DNA of 63,551 nucleotides, filler included, from Octopus bimaculoides (taxonomy: Eukaryota): the NCBI RefSeq assembly GCF_001194135.2. It is 14 parts of 13 records of this genome, joined end to end, with 100 filler letters (N's around TTAATTAATTAA, not from the genome) between each part and the next. Parts side by side here need not be neighbours in the genome. Positions count along the whole stretch, not along the records: positions 36,924 to 41,881 come from NC_068983.1; positions 41,982 to 49,527 come from NW_026400720.1; positions 49,628 to 52,951 come from NC_068984.1; 11 more parts are not named here. One strand, 5' to 3'. Below the pieces are notes generated by a model, which searched no databases, was not told the DNA's origin, and saw nothing but the letters and a program-made list of their open reading frames with translations. How positions within the stretch are numbered: the first letter of the stretch is position 1; each line of letters opens with the position of its first letter. This document shows positions 38,992 through 51,429 of the stretch, piece after piece. Both the position numbers and the translations under genes were made by a program.

Positions 38992-41649
38992 GAAGTGGTA
39001 GTTGTTGTTATATTGCGGCAGGGAACAACAGCAGCAAAAACAGCAGCAACAATAGGAACAACACTATCTACGGCAACAAGAATAATAAGAAGAAGAATAA
39101 CATTTGCTGCAAATCTTCCACCGCCGCCATTTCAAGTGGTATAGGAGGAAGTAAATATGGCAACATTGCTGTTGCGGATACAGCAGCAACAACAGCGTCC
39201 ACGACAGCAGCAGTAACAGTAACAACAACCTCAGCAACAACAACAACAACGTCGATAGGAATGAGAGCGTCGGTGACAACAGCGATGACAACAAACGCGA
39301 GATCGGTTCCGATGATAACTATAGCGTTACCGTCGTCGCCAACTTCGACATCGTCGACAGCGATAACAACATCAGGCAGCCATGTTAACGTCGGTAATAA
39401 TATTAATAATACTAATGAGAATTGTACCAATCAGAGCGGCGATGTCGACATTATTATGGTCACGACGGGGGTCAACCAAAGACGTCAACAACAAGAGATC
39501 TCCAACATGGATACGTCTATCTTAACGGACATTGGACACAGATACAATAACAACAACAATAGCGAGAACAATAGCAGCGGTACCAACAACAACAGCAAGT
39601 ACAACAATCATAATAACAGCCACAAACATAGCGTGAAAAACAAGAGACCAGCACCAAACAGTTGCGCGTTGTCCTCCTCTTCTTCCTCTTCTTCTTCGTC
39701 TCCTAGCTCCGCCTTCCTATCATTCCCAGCCTCCTCCTCCTCCTCCGCCGCTTCCTCCTGTGTCTCCGCGTTCATGCCTTCTCCTTCTTCCAACCCTGTC
39801 ATCTCCTCCTCCTCCTCCTCCTCTTCTTCTACTTCCTCCTCCTCCTCCTCTCCTCCTTCTTCGTTCTCGTCGTTGTTAATGAGCGTCAACAATATCAGCA
39901 GCAGCAGCGGCGGCGTCGGGGGCAGGGGTGGGGGCGGCGGTAGCGGCGATGGTGGTGGTGGTGGCGGCGATCACGACAGTGGTGACGAAGGTAGCAGGGG
40001 GAGTGGCGGTATGAGAGACGATCATAGCTGCGGTGACGGTGGCGGCGGCGTCGGTGGTAGTAGTAGGAGTTGTTGTAGTAGCAGTGGTGGAGTCGGTTGT
40101 GACAGCGACGGCGGCGACGTCGGCTGGGGTGGCAGTTACGACGGTCGTACTATTACTGGTGGTGTTGGCGACGGAGGTAGCTGCAAGGGTAATAGTGGGA
40201 GTGACGGTCGTGACGGAGGAGGCGCTGCCGGCGGCGGAGTTAGTGGTAGTGGTAATAGTTACATCGACAACTGTGGTAGCAGCAACAACAAGGGCTGTAG
40301 TAGCAGCAGGAGTCGCCATAGGAGTGGAAGTATGAGTATCGGCAACGAAAGAGGCAGAGGCAATAACAAAAGCAGCAGTGGTTGCAGTAGTAGTAGTGGT
40401 AGTGGCAGTGGTTGCAGTAGTAGTAGTAGTAGTGGCAGTGGTAGCAGTGGTAGTGTGATCGGTAGTATGGCTTTCAGCAGTAGTAGGCCGACCACGGTAC
40501 CTTTCGCTTCGTCTACCACGCTGAGCGCCGACAAAGCCACATCGGCGACAGTCGGCACGTCGTTCTCTTTCTCTCCTCCTCCTCATCCTCCTGCTTCGTC
40601 TTCTTCTTCTCCTCCTCCTCCTCCTACCCCGTCCTCGTCTCCTTTCTCGTCCCTACCGCCATCCGCCACCACCACCACCACCTCCTCCACTATCACAACC
40701 ACGACCACCACGACGACGACCACAGCAGCAACAGCAGCAGCAGCAAGTGCTACTGCTGTCGCGGCTGCAAGTGCCTCATCAGCAGCATTTCCCGCGTTCT
40801 CCTCCTCCTCCTTCTCCACCCCGAACGCCACCACCACCACCACCATCACCACCACAGCCTCCACCCTCTCGGCCGCCGCCATCTCCTCTTCTTCTGTTTC
40901 CTCCTCCTCCCCGTCTCCCCTCTCGCTGTCCCATTTTCACTCGCATTCTTTCGGCTCGTCCGCCGCAATCGCCGCCGCTGTCACTCCGGCTGCAACCATG
41001 GTGACCAGCTACCCGGCCGTCACGCGACCGTCTTTCCTAATATCAGACATATTGTCCGGAAATACTAGCGGTTCGTCGCTGAACAGCACCACCAACAACA
41101 ACAACAACAGTAACAACAACACCGGAAACAACAACAACACCGGAAACAACAATAACAACAACAACAACAACAGTACAATCAGAACACCGAAAGCACACCA
41201 CCACCACCATCATCACCATCATCATCATCACAACAGCCATCATCACACCAACAGCAACAACAACAATAATAACAACAGTAGTAGCAGTAGTAGTATTAGT
41301 AACATCAATGACAGTAACAGCAATAGTAGTCATAGTAGTAGTAGTAGTAATAGTAGTAGTCATAGCAACAACAACAACAACACCAACAACAGTGACAGTG
41401 TCCCGATTGGTATAGACAAATACACAAGTTTAGCTCATCATTTACATCTTACGGCAACACATCAACATCCGGTTGAGTATTCCTCGGTTGTTTTTGGAGG
41501 GGAACAACCTTCTCCGGAAAATGTCCTGGTCAAGCATGCGTTTGCGGCCAGGGACACGCTGGACACGAGCAAAGTGGTGGGGAAGTTGCTGCCCGTGGAT
41601 GATACCGATATGACACACATTGAGCACTTAGGGTCTTTCCAGAAAGAAG
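37131..41649 (+). CDS. Giant low-complexity exon of a putative EH1-containing transcription factor (homeobox, BarH/NKL-like)
   Basis: Open frame 37132-38465, then a gap at 38466-38795, then a stop-free frame 38796-41649, while the other two plus frames stop at 38935 and 39144. EH1 motif SFLISDILS at 41031-41057. Donor AAG|GTGAGT at 41649/41650 (phase 1). Polypyrimidine tract and AGs at 37109/37130, ATG at 37132. The frame join across the gap is unverifiable. Confidence 0.65.
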
Positions 41650-41982
41650 GTGAGTGGGAAACATTTAGAAAAAAAAAAAAAAGGGAAAAGAAAGAAAAGG
41701 AAAAAAAATTGAAAATTGAAAGAAAAAAATTGAATGTAAATATATGTAATATTTCTAAGGAAAAAAAAAACACGAGATGTATTCCAAAAAGCGGGAAAAA
41801 AAATTGAAGAAAAAAAAAAGAATCAAATGTTTTTATTCTTCTAAGTTTCCATTCTTTGTTATTCTGTTCTGCTTCTTTACANNNNNNNNNNNNNNNNNNN
41901 NNNNNNNNNNNNNNNNNNNNNNNNNTTAATTAATTAANNNNNNNNNNNNNNNNNNNNNNNNNNNNNNNNNNNNNNNNNNNNC

Positions 41983-42058
41983 TAAGTTACGAGAACGTAA
42001 ACACACCACCATCGGTTGTCAAGCGATGTTGGGGGGACAAACACAGACACAAACATAT

Positions 42059-42103
<45 letters not shown>

Positions 42104-42385
42104 TACAATGGGCTTCTTTCAGTTTCCATCTACCAAATCCACTCACAAGGCTTTGGTCGGCCCGAGGCTATAGTAGTAAACACTTGCCCAAGGTGTCACG
42201 CAGTGGGTCTGAACCCAGAACCATGTGGTTGGTAAGCAAGCTACTTACCACACAGCCACTCCTGCGCCTCTATGTTGGGCTTCTTTAAATTTTCGTCTAC
42301 CAAATCCACTAACAAGGCTTTGGTCAGCTGGGAGCTATAGTAGAAAACACTTGCCCACGGTTCCACTCACTGGAACTGAACCCAT
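41983..42385 (-). mobile_element. SINE family B (head, internal microsatellite and part of 3' half) plus an adjacent partial second head
   Basis: The reverse complement begins gcgcaggagtggctgtgtggtaagtagcttgcttaccaaccacatggttctgggttcag. Second head at about 42275-42385. Confidence 0.85.
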
Positions 42386-42519
42386 GTCATTGTGACAACA
42401 ATGTCTGAAATAGATAACATTTTTAGTTTGGTAAGTGTAGTATATTGACCTAGAAACATATCTTTACAACCATTCACTTTACCTAACTACTATAAAATGT
42501 CACCAATCAATGAAGGAGG

Positions 42520-43380
42520 TGGGTACCTCTACGTGGTACTGCCATCTGCTAGATATAGCAGCTAAGTCTCTATTGATTTACACAACTCTGTCATCTTAGA
42601 AAGGGACAGTTTGGAAAAAGGACAGGATGGTAATGGCTAATTGGTTTTGATCATAAACTTTCTGGATCAGGAATGACCTGTGGCTAAAGTGATAATATTG
42701 GAGAGCTCTATGTGTACCCTCACGTTGCTAGAAATAACAGCCAAATCACAATTAAATTACATTCTGCAATCCTTGAAAATAAAGGACACATTAGATAGTG
42801 CAGTCCTCGATACACAATGACAGAGAGAAGGATTGAATAATCTTGATTTGGATATCTTTGATCATAGGCCTGCTGGATCAAGAGTGGCCTGGGGCGAAAG
42901 TGATAATGTGGGAGAGCTCTGTGTGTACCCTCACTTTGCTAGAAATAGCAGTCAACTCTCCTTTTAATTACACTACTGTCTTGTCAAAGGATTTGACACA
43001 TTGGATAATGTAATCTTAGATAGATAGTACCTGAGAGAAGGATGGCATGGTCATGGTTAGAGTGTCTTTGATGGATGAGGAGGTGACCTGGGGCAAAGTG
43101 ATTTATGAAATGCTACTAGCCAATGTAGGAGAGCTCTGTGTACTCTCACGTTGCTAGAAATAACAACCAAATCCCCCTTAAATTACACCCTACTGTCTTC
43201 AAAAGAGAGTGATACATTGGATAATCAAGTCCTAGATATACAATGCCAAGAGGACATTGGCTGTGATTGGGGTGTTACTGAAAAGGGTTGACCATGGACT
43301 AAGAAAGGGACCTTCAAGAAAAGATGATGTGATGGTCACAGTTGGAATGTCTCTGATAGGCCTGCTTAATCAGGATGTCA
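42520..43380 (+). repeat. Degenerate tandem array, about 175-220-bp unit x4
   Basis: gagagctct..gtaccctcacgttgctagaaataacagccaaatc or a variant recurs at about 42527, 42702, 42913 and 43131. Confidence 0.75.
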
Positions 43381-43584
43381 ATCTATGGCAGAACTAACCC
43401 CCAGCTCATTGCTGGTACTTGTTTTCAGCTGAGCTGACAGAAGCAGTCCCTTGCTTAAGAATATAATGCAACACCTGGACTGAGAACTGAACTCACAACC
43501 TCCTGATAGGATCACTTGTAGCTGCAGGATTGGCAACAAGAAGAACATCCACATATACAGCATGTGGGTCCCTCAGAGGCGGGG

Positions 43585-43950
43585 TACACGGTGGTAAAGT
43601 ATGATCTTCAAATGTTGGGCCTCACGGAGAGGCGATGACAAGAGACCAAGTCCTTGCTGATATGCTGTGCTTGAGAAGACCCATCAAGCCAAGTGAAATT
43701 GTAGTTGTGGCCATTGTCAGTGACATGCAAATGACGCCCATGGAATCATGGTCATGTTCATTGCTGGTGTCATGTAAATGGCACCCATGCCAGTGGCACA
43801 TAAAAAGTACCCATTACACTCTTGGATTGGTTGGCAGCAGGAAGGGCATCCAGCTGTGGAAACCATGCCAAGTCAGGCTGGAACTTGGTGCAACACTTCG
43901 GCTTGCTAGTTCGAAACTGTCTAACCCATGCCAACATAGAAAGCGCATTT
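43585..43950 (+). mobile_element. Diverged RTE LINE 3' end
   Basis: gatcttcaaatgttgggcctcacggag...gagaagacccatcaagccaag parallels 45625-45716, followed by the tail motif ggaagggcatccagctgt. Confidence 0.7.
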
Positions 43951-43957
43951 TAAATAG

Positions 43958-44152
43958 GCGTGGGAGTGGCTGTGTGGTAAGTAGCTTGCTTACCAACCAC
44001 ATGGTTCCGGGTTCAGTCCCACTGCGTGGCACCTTGGGCAAGTGTCTTCTACTATAGCCTCGGACCGACCAAAGCCTTGTGAGTGAATTTGGTAGATGGA
44101 AACTGAAAGACGCCAGTCGTATATATGTATATCTATATATGTATGTGCTTGT
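43958..44152 (+). mobile_element. SINE family B head
   Basis: ggcgtgggagtggctgtgtggtaagtagcttgcttacc...; ends at a gap. Confidence 0.88.
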
Positions 44153-45039
44153 NNNNNNNNNNNNNNNNNNNNNNNNNNNNNNNNNNNNNNNNNNNNNNNN
44201 NNNNNNNNNNNNNNNNNNNNNNNNNNNNNNNNNNNNNNNNNNNNNNNNNNNNNNNNNNNNNNNNNNNNNNNNNNNNNNNNNNNNNNNNNNNNNNNNNNNN
44301 NNNNNNNNNNNNNNNNNNNNNNNNNNNNNNNNNNNNNNNNNNNNNNNNNNNNNNNNNNNNNNNNNNNNNNNNNNNNNNNNNNNNNNNNNNNNNNNNNNNN
44401 NNNNNNNNNNNNNNNNNNNNNNNNNNNNNNNNNNNNNNNNNNNNNNNNNNNNNNNNNNNNNNNNNNNNNNNNNNNNNNNNNNNNNNNNNNNNNNNNNNNN
44501 NNNNNNNNNNNNNNNNNNNNNNNNNNNNNNNNNNNNNNNNNNNNNNNNNNNNNNNNNNNNNNNNNNNNNNNNNNNNNNNNNNNNNNNNNNNNNNNNNNNN
44601 NNNNNNNNNNNNNNNNNNNNNNNNNNNNNNNNNNNNNNNNNNNNNNNNNNNNNNNNNNNNNNNNNNNNNNNNNNNNNNNNNNNNNNNNNNNNNNNNNNNN
44701 NNNNNNNNNNNNNNNNNNNNNNNNNNNNNNNNNNNNNNNNNNNNNNNNNNNNNNNNNNNNNNNNNNNNNNNNNNNNNNNNNNNNNNNNNNNNNNNNNNNN
44801 NNNNNNNNNNNNNNNNNNNNNNNNNNNNNNNNNNNNNNNNNNNNNNNNNNNNNNNNNNNNNNNNNNNNNNNNNNNNNNNNNNNNNNNNNNNNNNNNNNNN
44901 NNNNNNNNNNNNNNNNNNNNNNNNNNNNNNNNNNNNNNNNNNNNNNNNNNNNNNNNNNNNNNNNNNNNNNNNNNNNNNNNNNNNNNNNNNNNNNNNNNNN
45001 NNNNNNNNNNNNNNNNNNNNNNNNNNNNNNNNNNNNNNN

Positions 45040-45072
<33 letters not shown>

Positions 45073-45443
45073 TATGTATAATTAGTTAATAAATTGTATG
45101 GTATACACCATGTAGTTTACTCATAAAGCACGTTCACTTTCTCAGTGTTCATTGGGTGCACGATTAATGAGAGAGACAGAAGATGAAAGATAGAAAAAAG
45201 TTTATTGATCACTACAATTGTTTTGATTCATCTAGCATCGATCCCTCATAGGTGGGATATTGAACATCTGGTTTAGGTGTATCCCTCAGTATAGATGTGT
45301 CTCTTCAGGTGGGCAGTACTCTATCAATGATCCTCTTACTAATAATCCCCATATCTTATTTAGATGGATTAATCAATCTACCTGAGGGGTCATTTAGAAA
45401 GTTAGATTTATGGTCTTTAAGTGGAATCCAGGGTTTTCCAGGG

Positions 45444-46154
45444 ACAGAAAAGCTGAACATTAGAAGCATCAGTTGTGGCGTGCAAGAGAGACGATTGCGC
45501 TGGTATGGACATGTGGTGAGAATGGAGGAGGATAGCTGTGTGAAAAAGTGACACACCCTAACAGTTGAGGGAACCCGTGGAAGAGGTAGGCCCAGGAAGA
45601 CCTGGGCTGAGGTGGTGAGGCAAGACCTTCGTACATTGGGCCTCACCGAGGCGATGACTACTGACCGAGACCTTTGGAAATGTGCTGTGCGTGAGAAGAC
45701 CCGGCAAGCCAAGTAAGATCGTTGCCAGTGCCCCTGGACTGGTTCTTGTGCGGGTGGCACATGAGATGCACCNNNNNNNNNNNNNNNNNNNNNNNNNNNN
45801 NNNNNNNNNNNNNNNNNNNNNNNNNNNNNNNNGCGTGGCCGTTGCCAGTACCGCCTGACTGGCTCCCGTAGGATTTTCGAGCGAGATCGTTGCCAGTGCC
45901 CCTGGACTGGCTTGTGCGGGTGGCACATAAAAGACACCATTTCGAGCGTGGCCGTTTTCGTGCGGGTGACACGTAAAAGCACCCACTACACTCTCTGAGT
46001 GGTTGGCGTTAGGAAGGGCATCCAGCTGTAGAAACTCTGCCAGATCGGATTGGAGCCTGGTGTTGCCATCCGGTTTCACCAGTCCTCAGTCAAATCGTCC
46101 AACCCATGCTAGCATGGAAAGCGGACGTTAAACGACGACGATGATGATGATGAT
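45444..46154 (+). mobile_element. RTE-clade LINE 3' fragment with subrepeat-containing 3' UTR and (GAT)n tail
   Basis: ERRLRWYGHVVRMEEDSCVKK*...VEGTRGRGRPRKTWAEVVRQDLRTLGL...stop at 45716. One in-frame TGA. Confidence 0.88.
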
Positions 46155-46169
46155 AACGCTCGGTTCTGT

Positions 46170-48290
46170 CTGATGATTTGTTATCCTCTTCTGTTTTTTC
46201 TTCTTAATGTGTCATTATAAGCAGGTCTATATTTGCTGTGTAATTCTTTCCTAATCAAATTCTTATATAACACAGTGTTAACAATGTAAATGTTACTTGT
46301 TTTGTCTGATGGTACAAATATCCCTAGAGCATTGATGACATCATCAAGTGATTTCCTAATTTTCTGTTGATGTTTATTGTGTCTTCTAGGGTAATTTCTA
46401 AATTTCACATTCTTTCCTATATCAGAGTTCCTCTTAGAATCTGGTTAAGTGTTGGCTGGTCGGTGTGTTTTTCCTTCATTTGAATACTTTTCTTAGTCAG
46501 TCTCCACATTCAGATTTGTCATGTGATCTATCTTTTCTGTCAATGAGGAAAGCCTTCCGCTGCATTGATCATATGATTTGGTAGGTTTTCTCCAGGAGTG
46601 CTCTTACATAACCCTTCTTGATTTTGATGGTAAATCATGGAATAGGTCAGATAGGGAGAATGCTTTCAATATAGTGATGGGATAATCAGACTCTGCACAT
46701 GTTACAGACTTGGTCGAAATATATCCTTTCATTAATCCAATCTTTCTTTCTGAAAATTGTAGAAGGTCTATATAGAGATGACACTCTATTCTTCCTGGAC
46801 AGAAGAAGTAAAGTACAACTCGAAATACATAGGAAACCATTCATTAGAGTTTTTAAGGGTTCAGGACTCAACATTACTACAGAAAAAGATTACCGCAGAG
46901 TAAATTTCTTTGACGCTACTTTCTGTCTTGATACTGGATTATATGAACCCTTTCATAAACCAAATGGTAATATTAAGTATATAAATGTAGCATCCAGCCA
47001 TCCACCCTCGATAATATGGGGATTGGTAAAGAATATCTAGGTTATCTGCTAGGTTATTTTTGAATTACATGCACCATATTACAATACTTCTTTAGTTAGG
47101 GCTGGATACCGAGAAAAAATTCAATACATACAAAATTTTTATACATCATCATCATCGTCGTTTAACGTCCGCTTTCCATGCTAGCATGGGTTGGACGATT
47201 TGACTGAGGACTGGTGAAACCGGATGGCGACACCAGGCTCCAATCTAAATTTGGCAGAGTTTCTACAGCTGGATGCCCTTCCTAATGCCAACCACTCCGA
47301 GAGTGTAGTGGGTGCTTTTACGTGTCACCGGCACGAGGGCCAGTCAGGCTGTACTGACAACGGCCACGCTCGAAATGGTGTATTTTACCTGCCACCCGCA
47401 CAGGAGCCAGTTCGGTCGCACTGGCAACGATCTCGCTTGAATGTCTTTACACATGCCATCCGGCAAACCCTGCCAATTCCTCCAATAATAATAATATGCA
47501 TTGTGCACTAACATAACGTTACAGTAAGCAAACTGATTCAGAAACAGAATAAAAACCTGGAAGAATTGGTCAAGGCAAAAACTGCAAACCAAAACTCATA
47601 GATACACACAACACATTAATACTACTGTTCATAACACAAATTGTCCCAACCCTGTATAACACACCAGAACAAATAAGCCAAACAACAAATATAAGAATCA
47701 TGATTTCCTCTGGGACAACCAAGTCTATACTTCACATGTTTCAATGAAGATCACTAGGGAGTTTGTTGCTGCTTTAGACAAATGTTTCTCAAAATCAAAT
47801 AGATACCATGCTATTTTTAATAGACATACTGTGAAGGTATCATAACTATTAATTTTGAGCAGCATATGCACTGCATTGTTAATAGTGAAATGAAGCAACA
47901 GTGCAATAACCCAACTGCTGGAACTGTGACTTATGACATGTGAACTACTTCTGGCTTGACAAATAAAAAAGAACAAGCATATATATCAAGATAGCAAGAA
48001 ATGAGATATAAACCAGAATGAAAACCACCCTCTGCAGCCAGATAGTGACGGGAGCAATAATAGTGAGATGTGAAGATGAAGTCAGCACTGCCGCTATACG
48101 TTTATGCTGGGGCAAGAGCTGATTAGTTCAAGGACCTTTATCGAAACCATGGTGACAGCTTCAAGAAAATCAACAAGAGGCATTTGATATCTTTGGCTGA
48201 TTTCTCTTATCTCTTAAACAATCTTGATGAACTTACAAACCTTTTCTTCTTTCCTCTTAATCCAACAACTGTGGTGATTGACATATATAT
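46170..48290 (+). mobile_element. Naiad-type Penelope-like element, decayed, with inverted 5' part
   Basis: Plus strand from about 46590: LLDFDGKSWNRSDRENAFNIVMG, GLYRDDTL, VNFFDATF, KPNGNIKYINVASSHPP; then ALDKCFSKSNRYHAIFNRHTVKVS (about 47750-47840) and YVYAG..FKDLYRNHGDSF (GIY-YIG, about 48095-48170). Minus strand 46180-46595: N-terminal FVPSDKTSNIY region. Confidence 0.85.
47143..47455 (-). mobile_element. RTE 3' tail inserted within the Naiad element
   Basis: Reverse complement of the 45950-46154 tail, near-identical over the terminal 100 bp. Confidence 0.85.
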
Positions 48291-49627
48291 ATATACTTAA
48301 GCCACACACGCATGTGTGACTGTATACACATACTTACAAGATACCTCTACCTCTGCTCTGTGTGTGTGTGCAGTTGCTCTTTGAATACATTTGTATACAG
48401 GCACATGTCCGCTGACATACTACGACGAAGTCTCCAAGATGCAGATAAGATAGAGATTTTTATTTATTTACGGCCTCGACATCTCATACCTTTTGCGCTT
48501 TAGTCTGTCCTCTATTATTTATCTTGTTTCTCTCCGTGAAATTCAATTGAATTCAGTTTTTGTCTTAAATTCATACTTATTCATTTTCTAAGCTTCCTAA
48601 ATTCATGCTACTTATATATTCTATTCACCTAGGTTTCATTGCTCTTTTAAAAATTACGATTTATGCATTGCTGTCTCTCAAATATTTAAAATCTACGATT
48701 AAGAGGCCTATCTCCTGGCTGGTGATACCTACCCATTTTCTTTTATTCAAAAATTCTTATCACNNNNNNNNNNNNNNNNNNNNNNNNNNNNNNNNNNNNN
48801 NNNNNNNNNNNNNNNNNNNNNNNNNNNNNNNNNNNNNNNNNNNNNNNNNNNNNNNNNNNNNNNNNNNNNNNNNNNNNNNNNNNNNNNNNNNNNNNNNNNN
48901 NNNNNNNNNNNNNNNNNNNNNNNNNNNNNNNNNNNNNNNNNNNNNNNNNNNNNNNNNNNNNNNNNNNNNNNNNNNNNNNNNNNNNNNNNNNNNNNNNNNN
49001 NNNNNNNNNNNNNNNNNNNNNNNNNNNNNNNNNNNNNNNNNNNNNNNNNNNNNNNNNNNNNNNNNNNNNNNNNNNNNNNNNNCGTAGTTTTTTCCTTAAG
49101 GTTTTCAGGTTCTGGGTATATATAAATAAGAAATCCATTCTAAATTATCTCAATCTCTTCTCCGCTGACATACTACGACGAAGTCTCCAAGATGCAGATA
49201 AGATAGAGGTTTTTATTTATTTACGGCCTCAACATCTCATACCTTTCGCGCTTTAGTCTGCCCTCTATTATTTATCTTGTTTCTCTCCGTGAAATTCAGT
49301 TGAATTCAGTTTTTGTCTTAAATTCATACTTATTCATTTTCTAAGCTCCCTAAATTCATGCTACTTATATATTCTATTCACCTAGGTTCATTGCTCTTTT
49401 AAAAATTACGATTTATGCATTGCTGTCTCTCAAATATTTAAAATCTACAATTAAAAGGCCTATCTCCTGGCTGATGGTACACAAACCCCTTCAGGTAGAT
49501 GGCCCTGCTCAGTATGTAGAAAAGGAGNNNNNNNNNNNNNNNNNNNNNNNNNNNNNNNNNNNNNNNNNNNNTTAATTAATTAANNNNNNNNNNNNNNNNN
49601 NNNNNNNNNNNNNNNNNNNNNNNNNNN

Positions 49628-49674
<47 letters not shown>

Positions 49675-50141
49675 GACAACTGATGGAGATGATAAACTAG
49701 TGCACATATATGTGGATGAAATCAATGCAATAAGGTCAGTAAGTTGCTGAGAGTGAAGAGAATGTTTATCGAACGGGAAAAGTTCGATAACAGTTCGACG
49801 AGGAATGAAGTAACAACTTTTCCGAAGGAAAGGAAAAAAAAATAATGGCAGGTAAGCAAAAGAAATTCTTAAATACTGAAACAATAGAGATAGAGAAGTG
49901 GTAACTGTAAAAGAAGGGCAGGGAAAATGAGGAGTAAGATATATGCATTATATATAAGCCTGACAAGATATTTTCGTTTGATAAGCCTACAAAACTAAGT
50001 TTCACGGAGCCGAATCAGGCTGTTATTAAATAATATTTTGTAATTCCTACCAAATATGCTGGATGTCCTATCTTCCGATTAGCTTCTCACTCGTATACAC
50101 GCACACACACGCATTTGTAATGTATATATACACGCGTATAC

Positions 50142-50189
<48 letters not shown>

Positions 50190-51182
50190 TCATACATATA
50201 TTCACGCATACACTCACACACACATATATACACTCACATACACACGCACATTCATCTACATATTCGTGTAGATATATATGTACATTTGTGAGGCAATGCA
50301 TCATCTAGCGTGTTTAATTGGCGTTTGTGTGTATGCATGTATGGGAGCGCGAGTGCGTTCTTTTTCCTGTTCAATGTATCAGATCTTGGGTACATCATAA
50401 CGCACGCGCGCGCACACATGCTTATATACACACACACACACAAACACACACATACACAAATACATACATACACAGGCTCATACACACACATACAGCGTTG
50501 AGCTTTACAAAAGCAAAAAACAAATTAAGGAATTTCTTTCCTCATCTCCTACCCTAAGGCTACCGAATCCCACCCAACAGAGCCCACAGCTGACTGTTTA
50601 TATAGCTGATATGTAAAGTACAAGGTCAACAAAGATCACACAGTACATTTCCTCCTCCCACTATCACCATTCTACATACTTTCGCGTTTCCTTTAAATTT
50701 TTTGTTTTTTTATTTTCGATTTTTAACTTTGATTTTTCCCTGCAACACATTCTCACATCCTTACTCACACGAACACGCATAAACAGTTTCCATCACCATA
50801 CACGCACACACACACACACACAAACACACTCTCTCTTTCTCTTTCCCTCTCTTTCTCACTCACTCACTCACGCACGCACGCACGCACATACACGCGCACA
50901 CTCACACGCTCATGTACACACGTTGTGTATTTATGTATGACTCTTTAATAATGTTTTATTTTCTCTCTCCAGCCTTTCGTTCCTATTCAAGTGCTTACAC
51001 TTAGAGCCTCAAGTTAAATATTCAAAATAACTAAATAAATAAAAAAAAAATCTCATTTCCTCTCTTAACTTCCACTAAATCCCTCATCTCAAACCTACAT
51101 TCACACATTCTTCCACAGAGAGAGAGGGACAGACAAACAGAAAGAGAGAGAAATTACATGCATAATCCGCAGACATATTTCA

Positions 51183-51214
<32 letters not shown>

Positions 51215-51324
51215 TACACACAAGCACACAAACACACACATATAAACATGCGTATCACACAGATACATATATATGTGCTTACGTATAAGTACATATACTT
51301 TATATGCAAACAACCATACACACA

Positions 51325-51429
<105 letters not shown>

